The notes under the pieces are model-generated. The model was not told where the DNA came from. It saw nothing but the letters and a program-made list of their open reading frames with translations, and searched no databases. A stretch of 63,314 nt of DNA, the filler included, from Octopus bimaculoides (taxonomy: Eukaryota), in NCBI RefSeq assembly GCF_001194135.2. It is 6 parts of 6 records of this genome, joined end to end, with 100 filler letters (N's around TTAATTAATTAA, not from the genome) between each part and the next. Parts side by side here need not be neighbours in the genome. Positions count along the whole stretch, not along the records: positions 1 to 24,621 come from NC_068991.1; 5 more parts are not named here. The stretch is one strand, 5' to 3'. Both the position numbers and the translations under genes were made by a program. This document shows, in pieces, positions 1-14,179 of the stretch (the stretch's first letter is position 1; each line of letters begins with the position of its first letter).

Positions 1-15
1 CCCACTATTTACTGA

Positions 16-53
<38 letters not shown>

Positions 54-561
54 CATACACACTCCATATACCAACTTTGTCCATTCATGGTGGTAGTGGT
101 GGGAACACTATGAATTCTTTTTGCTCTGGAAAATCAAAGTGGAGATAGTTGAGAGGGCTAGTATTTAAGGTAAGGTTGGAAAGAACATATACCCCACTCT
201 GCACAACTTCTCTCAGTAGCAACTCCTGCTCATTCTCTCTTGCTACTTCATTCTAATACATTGTTATCTCAATCCCTACCTACTGCTCTTTCATTTAAGT
301 GCTTCAATATGGTTTCTAATAAACATAAACAAACACCTACATATATATAAACACACATACACAAATGTCTACATACACACACTCAAAAACGTACACACAC
401 ATAAACAAACACAGACATCAACAAAATGCACACTCAGACAAACCTCTGCATACACATACATACACACAATTTTCTAATATATTTATAGAGACAAAACAAA
501 AACTGAAACGTATTTAGTGAATCACAATTAGAATTTTCAAAGAAAATGGCAAACCTCATAA

Positions 562-840
562 CACAAAAGGTGGAAAAGTAGGGGGATGGATGTTAATAGA
601 TATAAACAGAATAACAGAATGACATGATGGAATAATAATACTACAAATATTAAAGCACAAAAGTTGGAACAGAAGGTGGAGTGGGTGTTAATAGATATAA
701 ACAGAATAACAGATTAAAGGAATAATTTTAAAACTTCAAACATCAAAGCACAAAAGGTTGTAATGGGTGTGTGGGGGTGATGGGTGTTAAAAGATGTAAA
801 TAGAATAATGGAATAACAGAATAATATTAATACTTATAAA
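562..840 (+). repeat. Three diverged tandem units of about 93 bp
   Basis: Units start CACAAAAG(G/T) at 562, 656 and 749 and share GTTAATAGATATAAACAGAATAACAG-like cores. Confidence 0.75.
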
Positions 841-1255
841 AGAAGTTTAGACTATTTAATGATATGTTTGTGGTGATGGCCTGAGAGAGAGAGGGGGGGT
901 GAAGAAGGATAGATAGAGAGAGACAAGGGAGAAAGAGATAGATAGATAGATAGATAGATAAAGAAAAAGAGAATGTGAAAGATAGAGAGATGGGGAGAGA
1001 GAGAGAGAGAGAAGAGAGAAAGATGTATCTAGAAAAGGAGGAAGAGAGAAAGAAATAGATGGATAGGTAGAGATGGGAGAAAGAGAAGGGAATAAAGAGA
1101 TAACATGGATAAGGAGAAAGATGAAGAAAGGAAGCAGGAGAAAGAGATAGATGGAGTGAGTGAGAGAGAGAGGGAAGAGAGCTCAGTACTTTGTTCCATT
1201 TTGTAGAAAAGAAAACATTAATATCTAAACTTTAATGGAGAAATTAAAAGGAGTA

Positions 1256-1320
<65 letters not shown>

Positions 1321-2322
1321 GAATAATACATTAAAGAAGTGGGCTGGGGGAATAGCATATTAAGGAAGTGGTGGAGGAATGGAGCTGGAGGAATAATATA
1401 TTAAACTCTGCAACACCAGACAAATGGCACTTAAACTATGAACTAATAATGGTGTCGTCGTTTTATATCTCTCGCTATGCTAGAAACTGTAGCCAAATAC
1501 TCCGCCTATATCACCCTCTACAATCTCACATCTCACTAAAACAAATAAAAAAAGAAAGAGAAGGCACACTAAATAATGTAGTCTGATATATAATGTATAT
1601 ATACTGATTAGTGTAGTCTGAAAAACAGATGGGATGGTCACAGTTGGAATGCTTTCGAACTTAGGTTTGTCCAATCATAATTGGTTGGGGGTTAAACATT
1701 GACCACCACCACAACCACCAAACAACATTATAATGGGCCAATGAAGAATCCTGTATGCTGTCACTTGATCTGCTAGAGATAGCAGTCAAATCTCTCTTAA
1801 ATCATACTCTACTCTCTTAAAAGAAGGTCATGTTGGATAATAAAGTCCTCAGTTCACTGAACAGAGGAAAAAAAAAAAGCAGACGGGATGGTCATGGCTG
1901 GACTGCCTTTGATCATAGGTTTACTCGATCAAAACTGACCTGGGCTATACAAAACAAACCATCAGCAACTACTAGAACAACAGCATTATAAATTGTACTT
2001 TATTACTGGTTCCAGCCAGTGAAAAGGACCATAGTGGTGAGGTAGGTGACCATGAACTTCACTGCTATGGCTTCTTGTTCTTAGTTATTCTACGTAATTT
2101 CTTGATGTTATTCATGGAAAATTGTTGTCAAACAGTATCTGAAGCTGATTTCAAACACAGTTAACATAATGTATTTAAAAAAAAAGACCAAAATCAATAA
2201 CAAAAAAAAAAAAAAAGATGAGCTGTTCTTTCAGTTTAATATGGTATAAATATTTATGGACACTGAAAATGAAATAAGTGTTTAGCGTAATTATTCTAGC
2301 TTGGCAAATTATTATTATTATT

Positions 2323-2451
2323 GTTCAGTATTTTTATTTTTATAACGTGCTTTCACTTCACTACCGAGCACAGCTCTGTGTGCTTTGGGTATGTGCTGTG
2401 GTTTGCTGTGATGCTCTTATGGTTACTGTATTGAAAGTATTTTGCGTAGGA
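2323..2451 (-). mobile_element. 3' tail of R4/Dong-like LINE, flanked by (TAA)n
   Basis: Reverse complement matches the 3' end of the copy at 57887-58217 (CATAAGAGCA..CACAGCAAACCACAGCACATACCCAA..GGTAGTGAAGTGAAA); (ATT)n on both sides. Confidence 0.8.
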
Positions 2452-3212
2452 TTATTATTATTATTTCACCCTCACTGGAGGTTTTCTTGTCTCAGATCAT
2501 AATTGTGTTCACATCTATGCAATGTATACTTCTATCTCATTTTCTCTATTTTTTTCTTCCATTTCCATCCCCCCATCAGCTTTTATGTAAACCCTCATAC
2601 ATATTATAAACCATCACTGTAATGTCCCCTCATCTGATACTCATGTGGCAAATAAAAGAAATCATTCAACTGTAGAAACCAAGCCAAAACACACTGGATC
2701 CTGGTGCAGCTCTCCAGCTTATCAGCTCCAGTCAAACAATCTTAACCCATGCTAGCATGGAGAACAGATGCCAAATGACCAGGATGTAGGATGATGGACT
2801 GGCAGAGTTGTTTGCACATTGGACAAATTGCTTAGCAGCAATCTTGACTCTTCACACTTCAGATTCTGAGTTGAATTCCCACTGAGATCAACTTTGCTTT
2901 TCATCCTTTTGTGGTAGATAAAATAAAATACTATATGAAATAATGGGGTTGAAGTAATCAACTGTCCCCTTCCTCTAAAATTGCTGACCTTATGCTTAAA
3001 TCAAAAACCATGAAGACAGCAACCTGGCAGAACTGTTGCAGCATTGGAACGTCTTGTAACATTTTTTTCTGGTTCTTTATGTTCAGAGTTCAAATCCAGC
3101 CAAGGTCAACTTTGCTTTTCATTCTTTGAGGGGTTAACAAAATTAAGTATCAGTCAAGCACTGGAGTTGGTGTTATCAAATTGTTCCTTCCCTCAAAATT
3201 ACTGATCTTTTA

Positions 3213-3431
3213 TTCTTTTACTCATTTCAGTCATTTGACTGTGGCCATGCTGGAGCACTGTCTTGAGAAGCTTTTAGTTGAAGAAATCAACCACAGGGCT
3301 TATTCTTTGTAAGCTTAGCACTTATTCTATCAGTTTCTTTTGCCGAACTGCTAAGTTACAGGGATGTAACACACCAACATCAGTTGTCAAGTGATGGTGG
3401 GGAGCAAACACAGACACAGACACACACACAC

Positions 3432-3475
<44 letters not shown>

Positions 3476-3643
3476 AGCTTCTTTCAGTTTCCATCTATCA
3501 AATCCACTCACAAGGCTTTGGTTTGCCTGAGGCTATAGTAAAAGATATTTGCCCAAGGGCAAATGGGATATTGCGCAATGGGACTGAACCTGGAACCATG
3601 TAATTGGGAAGCAAGCTTCTTATCCACACAGTCATGCCTGCAC
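3213..3643 (-). mobile_element. tRNA-derived SINE family A (internal microsatellite), full copy
   Basis: Head ...GTGTGGxAAGxAGCTTGCTT...GGTTCAGTCCC, internal (TA/CA)n, tail ...CCAGCATGGCCxCAGTCAAATGACTGAAA; at least 10 homologous copies or halves in the window. Confidence 0.85.
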
Positions 3644-3989
3644 CTTTTGCTAAGTTTAGAAGAAATTATTATAGGGTGGTGAAGTGGCATAATTGTTAGA
3701 GTGTGGAACAAAATGCTTAGTGACATTTATTTTGATTTTTTACATTCTGAGTTCAATTCCTACCAAGGTCAACTCTGTCCATCTTTGCAAGACCAGAAAA
3801 AAATAGAGAACCAGTCAAGTACTGGGATTAATAGTATGGACTCTTTCCCCCCACCCTACAAAATTGCTGGCTTCAAGCCAAAATTTAAAACAATCACTAT
3901 CATCATCATCATCATCATTATTATAATATCTGTGTTGGAGCTGCTAGCAACCAATACAGCCTGAGATTCAGTCTGTAGTTGTTACCAAG

Positions 3990-4330
3990 GTGCAGGATGG
4001 GTTTGGTTATTTGCCTGAATCTATTGTGAAAGTCTGAAGATCGGTTTACCATCTTTCTTTGGCAGGAAAGAGCAAGTAATCTTTTATTTGGCAGTTATGG
4101 GGGAGGAAGTTGTGTGATGGATGCAGCTGAAAGGATGGAGAACAGAGCTTTTCATCACATCAATTAGGTCTTCATTAACCACCACTTAGGAGGAAAGTAA
4201 GAGTACGAATGAATGTAGACCCCAGATGAGACACTGGAAGAATAAAGCAAGTGGCATTTTGCCGTGTAGAAAATTCATGTAATCCATGATACAAATGGAG
4301 AGAAATGGACATTAAATGGGGAAATGAAAG
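3990..4330 (-). mobile_element. Highly decayed non-LTR reverse transcriptase fragment (tentative)
   Basis: Minus-strand reading GLHSFV..VVVN..DVMKSSVLHPF loosely resembles the LINE RT segment preceding the QG..L motif; several stops. Confidence 0.3.
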
Positions 4331-4596
4331 GAAAGTGGGGGCTCTGGACTTACTAGAAAAGCAGCTATTCTACTTTATATAATATTCTAAAATCTTAACA
4401 AAAGTAAAGAATAATGAAGTTTTAAATAGACAAAAAAGCATGATGGTCATGATAGAGATGCTTTTGAGTATAGGTGTTCCTGATAATGGCTGATTTGGAC
4501 CAAAATAACAATTACAACAACAGCAGCAGATATTAAAAGAATTGATGATAATGAAAATTTTACTTCAAAGCTGATATAATTTCCTTTTGTTTCAAG

Positions 4597-4673
4597 AACC
4601 CTATAAATTGCGAGCCTTAAAAAGTATTAAAAAAACACATTCAAGGTTTAATCCTAGAAATCTGATACCTGAA
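4597..4673 (+). CDS. Candidate internal coding exon, unknown protein: (E)PYKLRALKSIKKTHSRFNPRNLIPE
   Basis: Acceptor ttccttttgtttcaag, donor GAA|gtatgt; only one frame open (phase 1 in, phase 0 out); unique non-repeat sequence. Confidence 0.5.
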
Positions 4674-5148
4674 GTATGTATAAAGATACTTCTTTCTTTC
4701 TTATTGATAAGACCCCCACCCAACTCTATCTGACCCACCCAACCCCATGGTAATTAAACATGGTTGAAAGAGGTAATGTCAAAAAAAGGTTACTGAACAA
4801 TAGAAATGAGAGGTCATTGAGATAAGTCTGATGTTCTAAAGCTGCCACAGTCAGATTAACAGTGTGACAGGCAAACAGAAAACCTACAGGTAAACTTTTG
4901 CTCACAAGGGTATTCTGCATCCAGCACCATCATCACTGATATCTTAACAGTACCTTAAGCAAATTCTGAATTAGAGATAGAGATTCCTGCAAGTTTTTTT
5001 GTATTATTATTTTTTGATACTTGACTGGAGCAAAATCTGAGACAAATATAGAGTCATATAATTTAGGATTCCCTTGAGATATTCTTAATATGTTGGTAAA
5101 CTAGGCAGCAACTAATTTATTTGTGGCTACCTTCAACTAGGTATATAC

Positions 5149-5187
<39 letters not shown>

Positions 5188-6459
5188 AATATGTCAGAGA
5201 GAGAGAGAGAGAGAGAGTAATATATGTGTGTCTACATGCACATACATACATACAAGTCTCTAAAGATTTAAACACCCCTCTGTTTCAAATTATAAGACAT
5301 CCACCCAACTAAACAGAAAAACTACTTTGACACATATACAGAATAGAAAGAACTTGGAATTGGTAAACCAGAAACTAAAATACCAGCTGTTTCATTAGAT
5401 TGGTTTTTGGCACAAGAAAAATATCAACTATATTTATAGAATCTATTTTTTTTTTATATTCTCCTTCACTGACAACATTATGGTACTTTGCTTCAAACTG
5501 GCACACTTCTTTCTTCATACCAACATGTTTCTTAACATTACATCACGCCAACATTTTTATTTATACAGACATGGTCCTTGTACAGACACACTCCTTCATT
5601 CCAACATGTTCCTTCACATGGACACACTCTTTCATTCAGACACTCCTTCAAACACACCTCTTCACATAGATGCGGTCCAATGTACTTCTTCATACCAATG
5701 TACTTCTTCAAACAATCTTTTTTATATTCACTATTTCATTCATTAGCTTCTACACATATTCTCTAATCATTAACTACTCTCGCTCCCACACATATTCTCA
5801 TTCCTTTACTAATATACTTACACACACAGTTTTACTTTCTCATTCATTCTTTTACATCATGCTTCACTTACGTTTCCACTCACTCACCCTCTAACATATT
5901 CACATTCTCTTCTACTTACACTCCTCTTTAAAGACACACCACCACTCACTCTCAGTCTATTAAGCCCTCTCTCGCACTTACTCACTCAAACACTCATTTA
6001 TAAATAATGAAAATGGAAGAATCACTAGGACATCAAATAGACTGCCTCAATATATTTGTTCTGACACTCTAGATTTTGAGTTCAAATCTGGCAGAGGTCA
6101 ACTTTACCGTTCATCCTTTTGGGGATTGATAAAATAAAGTACCAAACCTAGGTGGTGGATTACTGGAATTGAAAGAACACCAGACTGAATGCCTTGTGGT
6201 ATTTGTTCCAGCTCTCTGCATTCTGAGTTCAAATGCCATCATGACCTACTTGAGCGGTATATTTAATAAGCCACCACTCGGTTTAATGACACAACACATT
6301 TGGTACCTTGGATACCTTTAGCAAAACTTCATTCTGTTGTCAACAGTCAGGCTAGGTTGCCAATTTGAAGAAACCTTTCTCTACCCCTTCGACCAGTGTG
6401 AGAGTCTCTGTGGAGAGTAATGAAAAAAAAAAAAAACATTTTATTCACACTTACTCTGA

Positions 6460-6740
6460 TGGGCTACATGTGATGGGCTATTATCTCAGTCTGCCCAATG
6501 TAATGATCTAGACCATGAGTCTTATGAACCACATTAATTGTCTACATGGGATGGGCTGTTATCTCAGTCTACCCAAAGACTCAGATCCATATCCTGAGTC
6601 TTTTAATGAGCTACATGTGATTGTCTATATGGAATGGGCTACATGGGATGGGTTACATAGAATAGTCTATATGAGATGGTCTACATTGATAGGCTGTTAT
6701 CTCAACGTACCCAACATAACAATACAGATCTTGATTCTTA
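6460..6740 (+). repeat. Degenerate minisatellite (about 80-bp units with GGGCTACATGGGAT subrepeats)
   Basis: Three recurrences of GATGGGCT(A/G)TTATCTCA(G/A)xxTxCCCAA near 6470, 6550 and 6690. Confidence 0.7.
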
Positions 6741-6746
6741 TTACAG

Positions 6747-6827
6747 GCTGTATGCGATGGTTTATTTCAAGGCTGCTATACATTTCATACCAAATTTATG
6801 AAGTACAAAACATCCATTTGCATACAG
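6747..6827 (+). CDS. Candidate 81-nt exon: AVCDGLFQGCYTFHTKFMKYKTSICIQ (phase 0) or GCMRWFISRLLYISYQIYEVQNIHLHT (phase 1)
   Basis: Acceptor cttgattcttattacag, donor CAG|gtgaac; two frames open; frame not resolvable from sequence. Confidence 0.4.
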
Positions 6828-6874
6828 GTGAACGTCTTATTTAAAATACACACACACACACAACACAAGTTGAT

Positions 6875-6977
<103 letters not shown>

Positions 6978-7289
6978 AAGAGAGAGAGAGAGATAAACAG
7001 ACTGGCAGATAAATATTTTCTGACTTATAGGACAAAAACATTTAGACAGAATAGCTATATTGTTGTTGTTATTAGTTGTTGTAGCATTGCTGGCCTTGTG
7101 TCCAAATTAGAAAAAAATCATCATAATCATCGTTATCATTATCAAATATATAGAAGAGATAAAAATAAATCCCTGAAGATAACAATTGCCGGATTTTAAA
7201 AGTTAATCTAATCTAGTAAATCTACTTAAGCAAAGTTAATCCTTGCAATGGTATTTGAACTGATAAAAGTTAAGTGTACTAAATACTGG

Positions 7290-7329
<40 letters not shown>

Positions 7330-7339
7330 NNNNNNNNNN

Positions 7340-7378
<39 letters not shown>

Positions 7379-7464
7379 ATTAGCTGTGGAGAAAGTATAG
7401 GAGGTGGGTGTAAATATTTTGTTAATACATGCAGGAGTTAAATAGCATAATAGGACTAAGAATG

Positions 7465-8070
7465 GTTATAGCTAGATACAGCAGTGGTATGGCAGAACTA
7501 ACAAGTCATAGCTAGATACAGCAGTGATATCATAGGACTGATGACAGTCATAGCTAGGTACAACAATCTTTGTGGTGGTGGATTCCGGTGGGCCCCCTGT
7601 CATAGATGACAGGTGAAGGTTTTGCAACTTTTCGCTGATCTAGCACATATGATTTGTTTATAGTGATCATATGTTTGTGCAACACATTAGTTTTGTCCTT
7701 CCATCAAATTGACATTGCTTGTACAGGTACGTGGTGTGCCACACATCTGATGTCAAAGTGATCACAGAGCAATCAATGTGTGATGAAGAGTTTTGCTCAA
7801 GAATACAATGCATCACCCAGTCTAAGAATTGAAACCATGATCTTGCGATTGTGAGTGCAACACCCTTACCACTAGGCCACACACCTGTCATACCGCAGTG
7901 TCTGTGGCATGACAGAACTAACAACAGTCGTAGCTAGATTCAACAGTATTACTGGTATGTCAGGACTAATAACAGTCATATGTAGAAAAGAGCAGTGTCA
8001 GTGCTATGATAGAACAAATGGCAGTCATAGCTGGATACAGAAGTGTTTGTGATATTAAAGAACTACAAGA
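7465..8070 (+). repeat. About 41-48 bp minisatellite (GTCATAGCTAGATACAGCAGTG...) split by a SINE-like insertion
   Basis: Units near 7465, 7505, 7546 and again 7927-8060; intervening 7570-7905 has a tRNA-like SINE end. Confidence 0.7.
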
Positions 8071-8118
8071 GAATCTTAACAACCTATTTTCTTTCATATC
8101 TTTTCCTGTTTCCATAAG

Positions 8119-8210
8119 GAATTGCCCACAATAGAAAAGACGCTGCACACTCAACACTGAGTGACCAATATGCTTTCAACATTAGTCCCTGTCCATGGCA
8201 AAGCCTGCAG
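8119..8210 (+). CDS. Candidate internal coding exon, unknown protein: (G)IAHNRKDAAHSTLSDQYAFNISPCPWQSLQ
   Basis: Strong acceptor ctttcatatcttttcctgtttccataag, donor CAG|gtaacg; only one frame open (phase 1 in, phase 0 out). Confidence 0.5.
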
Positions 8211-9133
8211 GTAACGAAATATTAACATTGAGTTAAACCCTCATTAACTTGGGAAATCAATGTCTCTCCCAAAGTGCCTCTAACACAACAAGGCCCTGTA
8301 GTCATATTGCTGTGAAGTATAAAAAATTGGCAAGTGACATATCTGGCTTTCTAAAAACATTTCCAATCAGAATATTTCAAAACATAAAAAGCAACTAGCT
8401 AAGAATATCAGCACTCTTGCAAAGAGCTATTTGTTTTACACACACACACACTCTCTGGAAAATGAATTCAACATCATCATTTAACATCTAATTTCTATGC
8501 TGGCATGGATTAGACGGTTTTACTGGAACTGGCAAGCCAGAGAGCTGCACCAGGTTCCAGTCTGATTTGGCATGGTTTCTACGGCTGGATGCCCTTCCTA
8601 ATGCCAACCACTCCAAGAGTGTAATGTGTAAATTCTAAAAGAAAGCAATAGATAGAATTTATTTCTTCTGTTAGTATTTCAGTTGTTGTCTAAGCCTTGC
8701 TTTCACAGATTCGAACTGTTTCAATGTAGGGTTCAAAAAGCAGCACTTTAATTCTATCATTGCCTGAACAATTCCAAATGTTGTAAAGTTTGCTTTCAGC
8801 TAGCCATGCTAACAAATGTTTTTGCCTAGAAGTACCTTTGCTTGCTACCTTGTAACATGTGACTACAGAAAGTTAAGCCCTTGAAATAATATATATATAT
8901 AGATACATTAATGTTTGTTTTTTTCTGTTGAGTCATAAATAGAAACAATGTTACATTATACTGAAAGATTACTCAACACTTTTTGTAGAGTTCATATTTA
9001 TTACATTTTTTACAAGAAGAGTGATGACAGTGAATTTGAAGTTTTGGCCTGCTAGCCATCATCACACTGAGACAGTCCAATAAAGACTAACAGGCTGAAA
9101 CTTTGAAGTCACCATTTTTCTCGTGAAAGTATA

Positions 9134-9186
<53 letters not shown>

Positions 9187-9699
9187 CGTGTGTGTATATA
9201 AATCATAAAGTCGGGCGCTATGGGGGGTGGATATATATTTATTTATCCACATAGCATCCTTAGTGAAGGTGTATGGCTCAGTGGTTAGAGCATCAAGCTC
9301 ACAATCATGTGGTAGTGAGTCTGATTCCCAGACCAGGCTGTGTGTTGTGTTCTTGAGCAAGGCACTTTATTTCCGGTTGCTTCAGTTCATTCAGCTGTAG
9401 AAATGAGGTGCAATGTTACTGGTGCCAAGCTGTATCAGCCTTTGTCTTTCCCTTGGTTAAGATCAGTGGCATGGAGTGGGGAAGCCTGGTATGCATGGTC
9501 AACTGCTGGTCTTCCATAAACAACCATTGTGCCTTGGAGGGTAACTTTCTAGGTACAACCCCATGGTCATTCATGACTGAAGGGGGTCTTTACCCTTTAC
9601 CCCGACATCCTTAGGATTATAGCCTTCTTCATGTAGTATCACTTTCATTGTGAAAGAAATTATGCTTTCATGTTTACATCAATATGTGTGCTTGGTATT

Positions 9700-10075
9700 T
9701 TTTTACTTGTAGAGTCATTTGACTGCAGCCATGCTGGAGCACTGCCTTTTAGTCAAAGAAATCGACCCCTAGACTTATTCTATTAGACTCTTTTGCTGAA
9801 TATTGCTAAGTTACAGGGACGTAAACACACCAACATCAGTTGTCAAGCATTGGTGGGGTAACAAACACAGACAAAAACACAAATATATACATACATATAT
9901 ATATATATATATATATGATGGGCTTCTTTAAGTTTCCTTCAATCGAATCCACTCACAAAGCTTTGGTTGGCCCAAAGCTATAGCAGAAGACACTTTCCCA
10001 AGGTGCCACACAGTGAGACTGAAATCCAAACCATGTGGTTGGGAAGCAAGCTTCTTACCACACAGCCGCGCCTAA
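9700..10075 (-). mobile_element. SINE family A, full copy
   Basis: Same head, internal (TA)n and tail as 3213-3643. Confidence 0.85.
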
Positions 10076-10504
10076 CGCAAATGAAGAATGTGAGCTCATC
10101 AGATCACCAGAATGTCATTGGTGTGACCATGATGTTCTGGTGATCTTTCTTTATTTGCATTGATTTGTGAACATACAATTGCATTGTATAATGCCAAGCA
10201 TGCATATTAATGCAAACATGTAAGCATAATTTCTTCCACAGTGAAATTAATACTAAATGAAGAAAGCTAAAATCTTGAGGATGTCATGTCATTAAATAAA
10301 TATACATTTACCTCTCTTACCTACTGACTTTATGGTTTCTGTACTCCTTATAAAATATCATCCACTGGATCTCCTGGATTTCAGTTACATGGACACTCTA
10401 GCTTCTTTGTATTGGTTTGCAACATATATTGTTAGCCAAGTCCATAAGAGGAGCTTTCTGTGATATCTGCATGATTCTGTGAATCCACATCTTATACTAC
10501 CCCT

Positions 10505-10900
10505 CATCATTTAACGTTCACTTTCTATGCTGGCATGGGTTGGACGGTTTGACATGAAGCTGGCCAGCAGGGAGCTGTCCAGACTCCATTTGTTGTGGCA
10601 TGGTTTCTACAGCTGGATGCCCTTCCTAATGCCAACCACTTAACAGAGTGTGTTGGGTGCCTTTGTACATGCCACCAGCATGGATGCATTTATTCAGCAC
10701 TGGCACAGGTGCGTTAATGCAGCGCTGGCACAGGTGCTTTTTACGTGGCACCAGCACCTGAAAGGTGCAAGCCTGTCTGCATGGAAGACAGTGATTTTAC
10801 TTAGCTTGGCACTTCTTATCAGGTACGGCAAATCCCCACATCACTCAGTTCCTTGTCATTTCCTCAGTGAGGTCCAGTGTCCGAAGATCCTTTCTCACCA
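10505..10900 (+). mobile_element. Dispersed SINE-like family C (TTTAAC..CTTTCxATGCTGGCATGGGTTGGACGG...GGATGCCCTTCCTAATGCCAACCAC)
   Basis: Homologous pieces at about 2690-2790, 8478-8630, 12740-12900, 20100-20250, 22190-22330 and 24180-24290. Confidence 0.75.
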
Positions 10901-11319
10901 CTTCATCCTACAAATGGATGGATGGATACTTCTGTGTTGTTTGACGATAAAGATTCAGTTGTTCAATTAATTAAATTACTTGCCTGTGTGTTAATGTGTA
11001 TGTGGCTGAGCATTCAAAAGACAGTGAAACTTTAATATAATTCTCAGACAGAATAAGCACGACATAGTGTATGACAAGGCTGTACCTTTGGATTACATGT
11101 ACAATCTACTTAACAGGATTCTATACAGTTTCCACCAACTGAATTTTACTCAAAAGGTATGGAGTCAATCTGAGGCTAAAGAAAATGACACTTGCCCAAG
11201 ATACCATGTAATCAGACCAAACCTGGGACCTTGTGACTGTGAAGTAAGCTTCTTAAACATTCAGCCATACATTGGGGTTCAGAATACCAACATATAGTAC
11301 CTTGATTTATAAATCATTA

Positions 11320-11600
11320 ACTTTTTTAAGTCCCACCTTTTCCAAATGTAGTTTCAAAATTTGTCATGTCTTCGAGCAGCCAAGGGGTTATCAACATATT
11401 AAAGTGTTATCAGTAAAAGTCAGTAGATGAAGTTCTATAAAAGTAAATTTACTGAGTAGTCATCTTATTACTATGTATTTACAATCTTTTTACAAAGATA
11501 CACATTACATAATCCATAACAACTACAAAGAGATAAGGCGTGAGTGTGTCTCCATGAACTATGCCTGAATTTATCTATAGTTCATTGCTCTTGCCAGGAG
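11320..11600 (-). mobile_element. Decayed LINE reverse transcriptase fragment
   Basis: Minus frame INSGIVHGDTLTPYLFVVVMDYVM matches the RT motif GVLQGDTLAPxLFIIVLDYV; later LEKVGLK; disrupted by stops and shifts. Confidence 0.7.
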
Positions 11601-12072
11601 TGGGAACAGAGAGATCAGCCTTAGTGCACAAAAACATAATAACAATAATGAATGAGTCTGGTACTTTATAAATACTTAGAATATCTTGAATGGCTGCCAT
11701 ATTTACAGTCAAAATAACTTATGATTCAGCTGTCAAATACTTAATCCACCCAATATCATTGTCGCTACCTTGGCAGGATTTGAAACATAGAATCATAGAC
11801 TTGTAGACTTTGGATTTATTACTGGCACAACTTAATTCTAGATTTGCAACTACCCAACAATATAAATAGATATGTAAAGACTAAGAGCGCTTGCAAAAAA
11901 AAAAAAAAAAAAAGAGAAAGATAGATGCCTCATCTCCACGTAACCAACCCCACCATAAAAAATTACAGAAGAAAACCCCCAAAAAAACAAAACAAAACAT
12001 GACAGTTTGGCAGCTACTGTATTTCCTGGTAGTCATTACCAATTCCTGTTGCTTCTGTCTATATTAATCTAG

Positions 12073-12103
12073 TTAAAAAACCAACATTTCATTGCACCAC
12101 AAC
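12073..12103 (-). CDS. Candidate terminal coding exon (R)LWCNEMLVF*
   Basis: Acceptor acatcacattcttgcag; phase 2 matches exon 12911-12959; ends in TAA. Confidence 0.3.
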
Positions 12104-12631
12104 CTGCAAGAATGTGATGTGTGCATATGTATGTGAACTGAACACGTAAGTATGTGTTTGAAAAGAAAAACATACAAACAGCCATTACCTGTCTGCCACA
12201 CACACAAACACATATATCCACACCTGTACAAATACACATATACAAATATATACTGACACCCCCACACATTCATGCACGCTTTCTCACACAAATAGATGCA
12301 CTTTATAACAACACCCACACTTTCATCTACTTCATCTTTTTTTTATATTATCTAAAATGCATTTTGAAAAATGATTTATCTTATTTACATCATAACAGAT
12401 CCACACAGCAAATAGATCTTAGAGCACACAGCAAAATGGAGGTTTGACCATTAATTAAAATAATAGCTATGAATAGTAGCATGGCTGTGTAGTTCAGATG
12501 GTTGCTTTCCAACAATGTGGTTTCAGGTTCAGTCTGACAACATGGTACTTTAGGTATGTCTTCAACTATAGCTCCACAAAAGCCAAAGCCTTATGAATGG
12601 TTTTTGGTAGAAGGAAACTAAAAGAAGCCTG

Positions 12632-12669
<38 letters not shown>

Positions 12670-12910
12670 AATAGTATAACTTTGTCATGACATCTCATGA
12701 TGGTTGTAAATAAGCAGCAGTATCATACAAATAATGTTATTCGTTTCCCATCTTCTGTGGAAAATGTCTGGCCCTGGGGAAATATTGTTTTGAAGCAAGT
12801 AAGAATTGGCAACAGGAAAGGCATCTGACCCTAGAAAAAAATCTGCTTCAACAAATTCTGGCTGACTCATGCAAGCATGGAAAAGTGAACATTAAATGAT
12901 GATAATGTAC

Positions 12911-12959
12911 CTGAGGTGATGGGGGCTATCCAGTCCAGCTGTTCCTACTATAATGCTGT
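12911..12959 (-). CDS. Candidate 49-nt exon SIIVGTAGLDSPHHL
   Basis: Acceptor aacttctgttttag, donor CAG|gtacat; only one frame open (phase 1 in, phase 2 out). Confidence 0.4.
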
Positions 12960-13440
12960 CTAAAACAGAAGTTATATTTAACCTTTTTACCTGCTAAATG
13001 ATTAGATTAAACACCCAGTAGATTTTAGATAAATGTAAACCATATGGATGCCAACATATTTTTTTAATGAGACAGACAGAAGTAATTAATATATTTTCTA
13101 ATTTTTGTGTTTTTCCTTTCAACTGAATAACTTACTAAGGGAAGGTATTTTTTGTTGTTTCAATCAGAATGTGTGAGTGTTCTTATGTATGTATCCTAAT
13201 AACATTTTTATTATGAAGCAATATAGTGTTTGACTACTTTGCACTTTGATTTATGTAAATGTAATTTTTTTTTTACTTATTTCAGTCATTTGACTGCAGC
13301 CATGCTGGAGCACCACCTCAAAGGGTTTTAGTCAAACAAACTGACCCAAAGACTTATTCTTTGTAAGCCTACTATTTACTGTATCAGTCTCTTTCACTGA
13401 ATTGGTAAGTTACGGGGACATAAATGCATCAACATCGGGT

Positions 13441-13481
<41 letters not shown>

Positions 13482-14179
13482 GAGAATTTACGAAAAAAAC
13501 AACAGACGAAGACAGGTGGTGTANNNNNNNNNNNNNNNNNNNNNNNNNNNNNNNNNNNNNNNNNNNNNNNNNNNNNNNNNNNNNNNNNNNNNNNNNNNNN
13601 NNNNNNNNNNNNNNNNNNNNNNNNNNNNNNNNNNNNNNNNNNNNNNNNNNNNNNNNNNNNNNNNNNNNNNNNNNNNNNNNNNNNNNNNNNNNNNNNNNNN
13701 NNNNNNNNNNNNNNNNNNNNNNNNNNNNNNNNNNNNNNNNNNNNNNNNNNNNNNNNNNNNNNNNNNNNNNNNNNNNNNNNNNNNNNNNNNNNNNNNNNNN
13801 NNNNNNNNNNNNNNNNNNNNNNNNNNNNNNNNNNNNNNNNNNNNNNNNNNNNNNNNNNNNNNNNNNNNNNNNNNNNNNNNNNNNNNNNNNNNNNNNNNNN
13901 NNNNNNNNNNNNNNNNNNNNNNNNNNNNNNNNNNNNNNNNNNNNNNNNNNNNNNNNNNNNNNNNNNNNNNNNNNNNNNNNNNNNNNNNNNNNNNNNNNNN
14001 NNNNNNNNNNNNNNNNNNNNNNNNNNNNNNNNNNNNNNNNNNNNNNNNNNNNNNNATATATATTGTCATTATCATCCTCACGGTTTTAATATCCACTTTT
14101 CCATACTTGCATGTGTCAGATGTAATTTATTGAGATAGATTTTCTACATTTATATGCACTTTCTGTTGCTAAGTCTCAC

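Noticed and set aside
13402-14133. Long ORFs spanning N runs (also 18337-19149, 29492-30136, 43226-43823, 45660-46688, 52254-52682)
   Set aside because: Open only because N codons cannot be stops.
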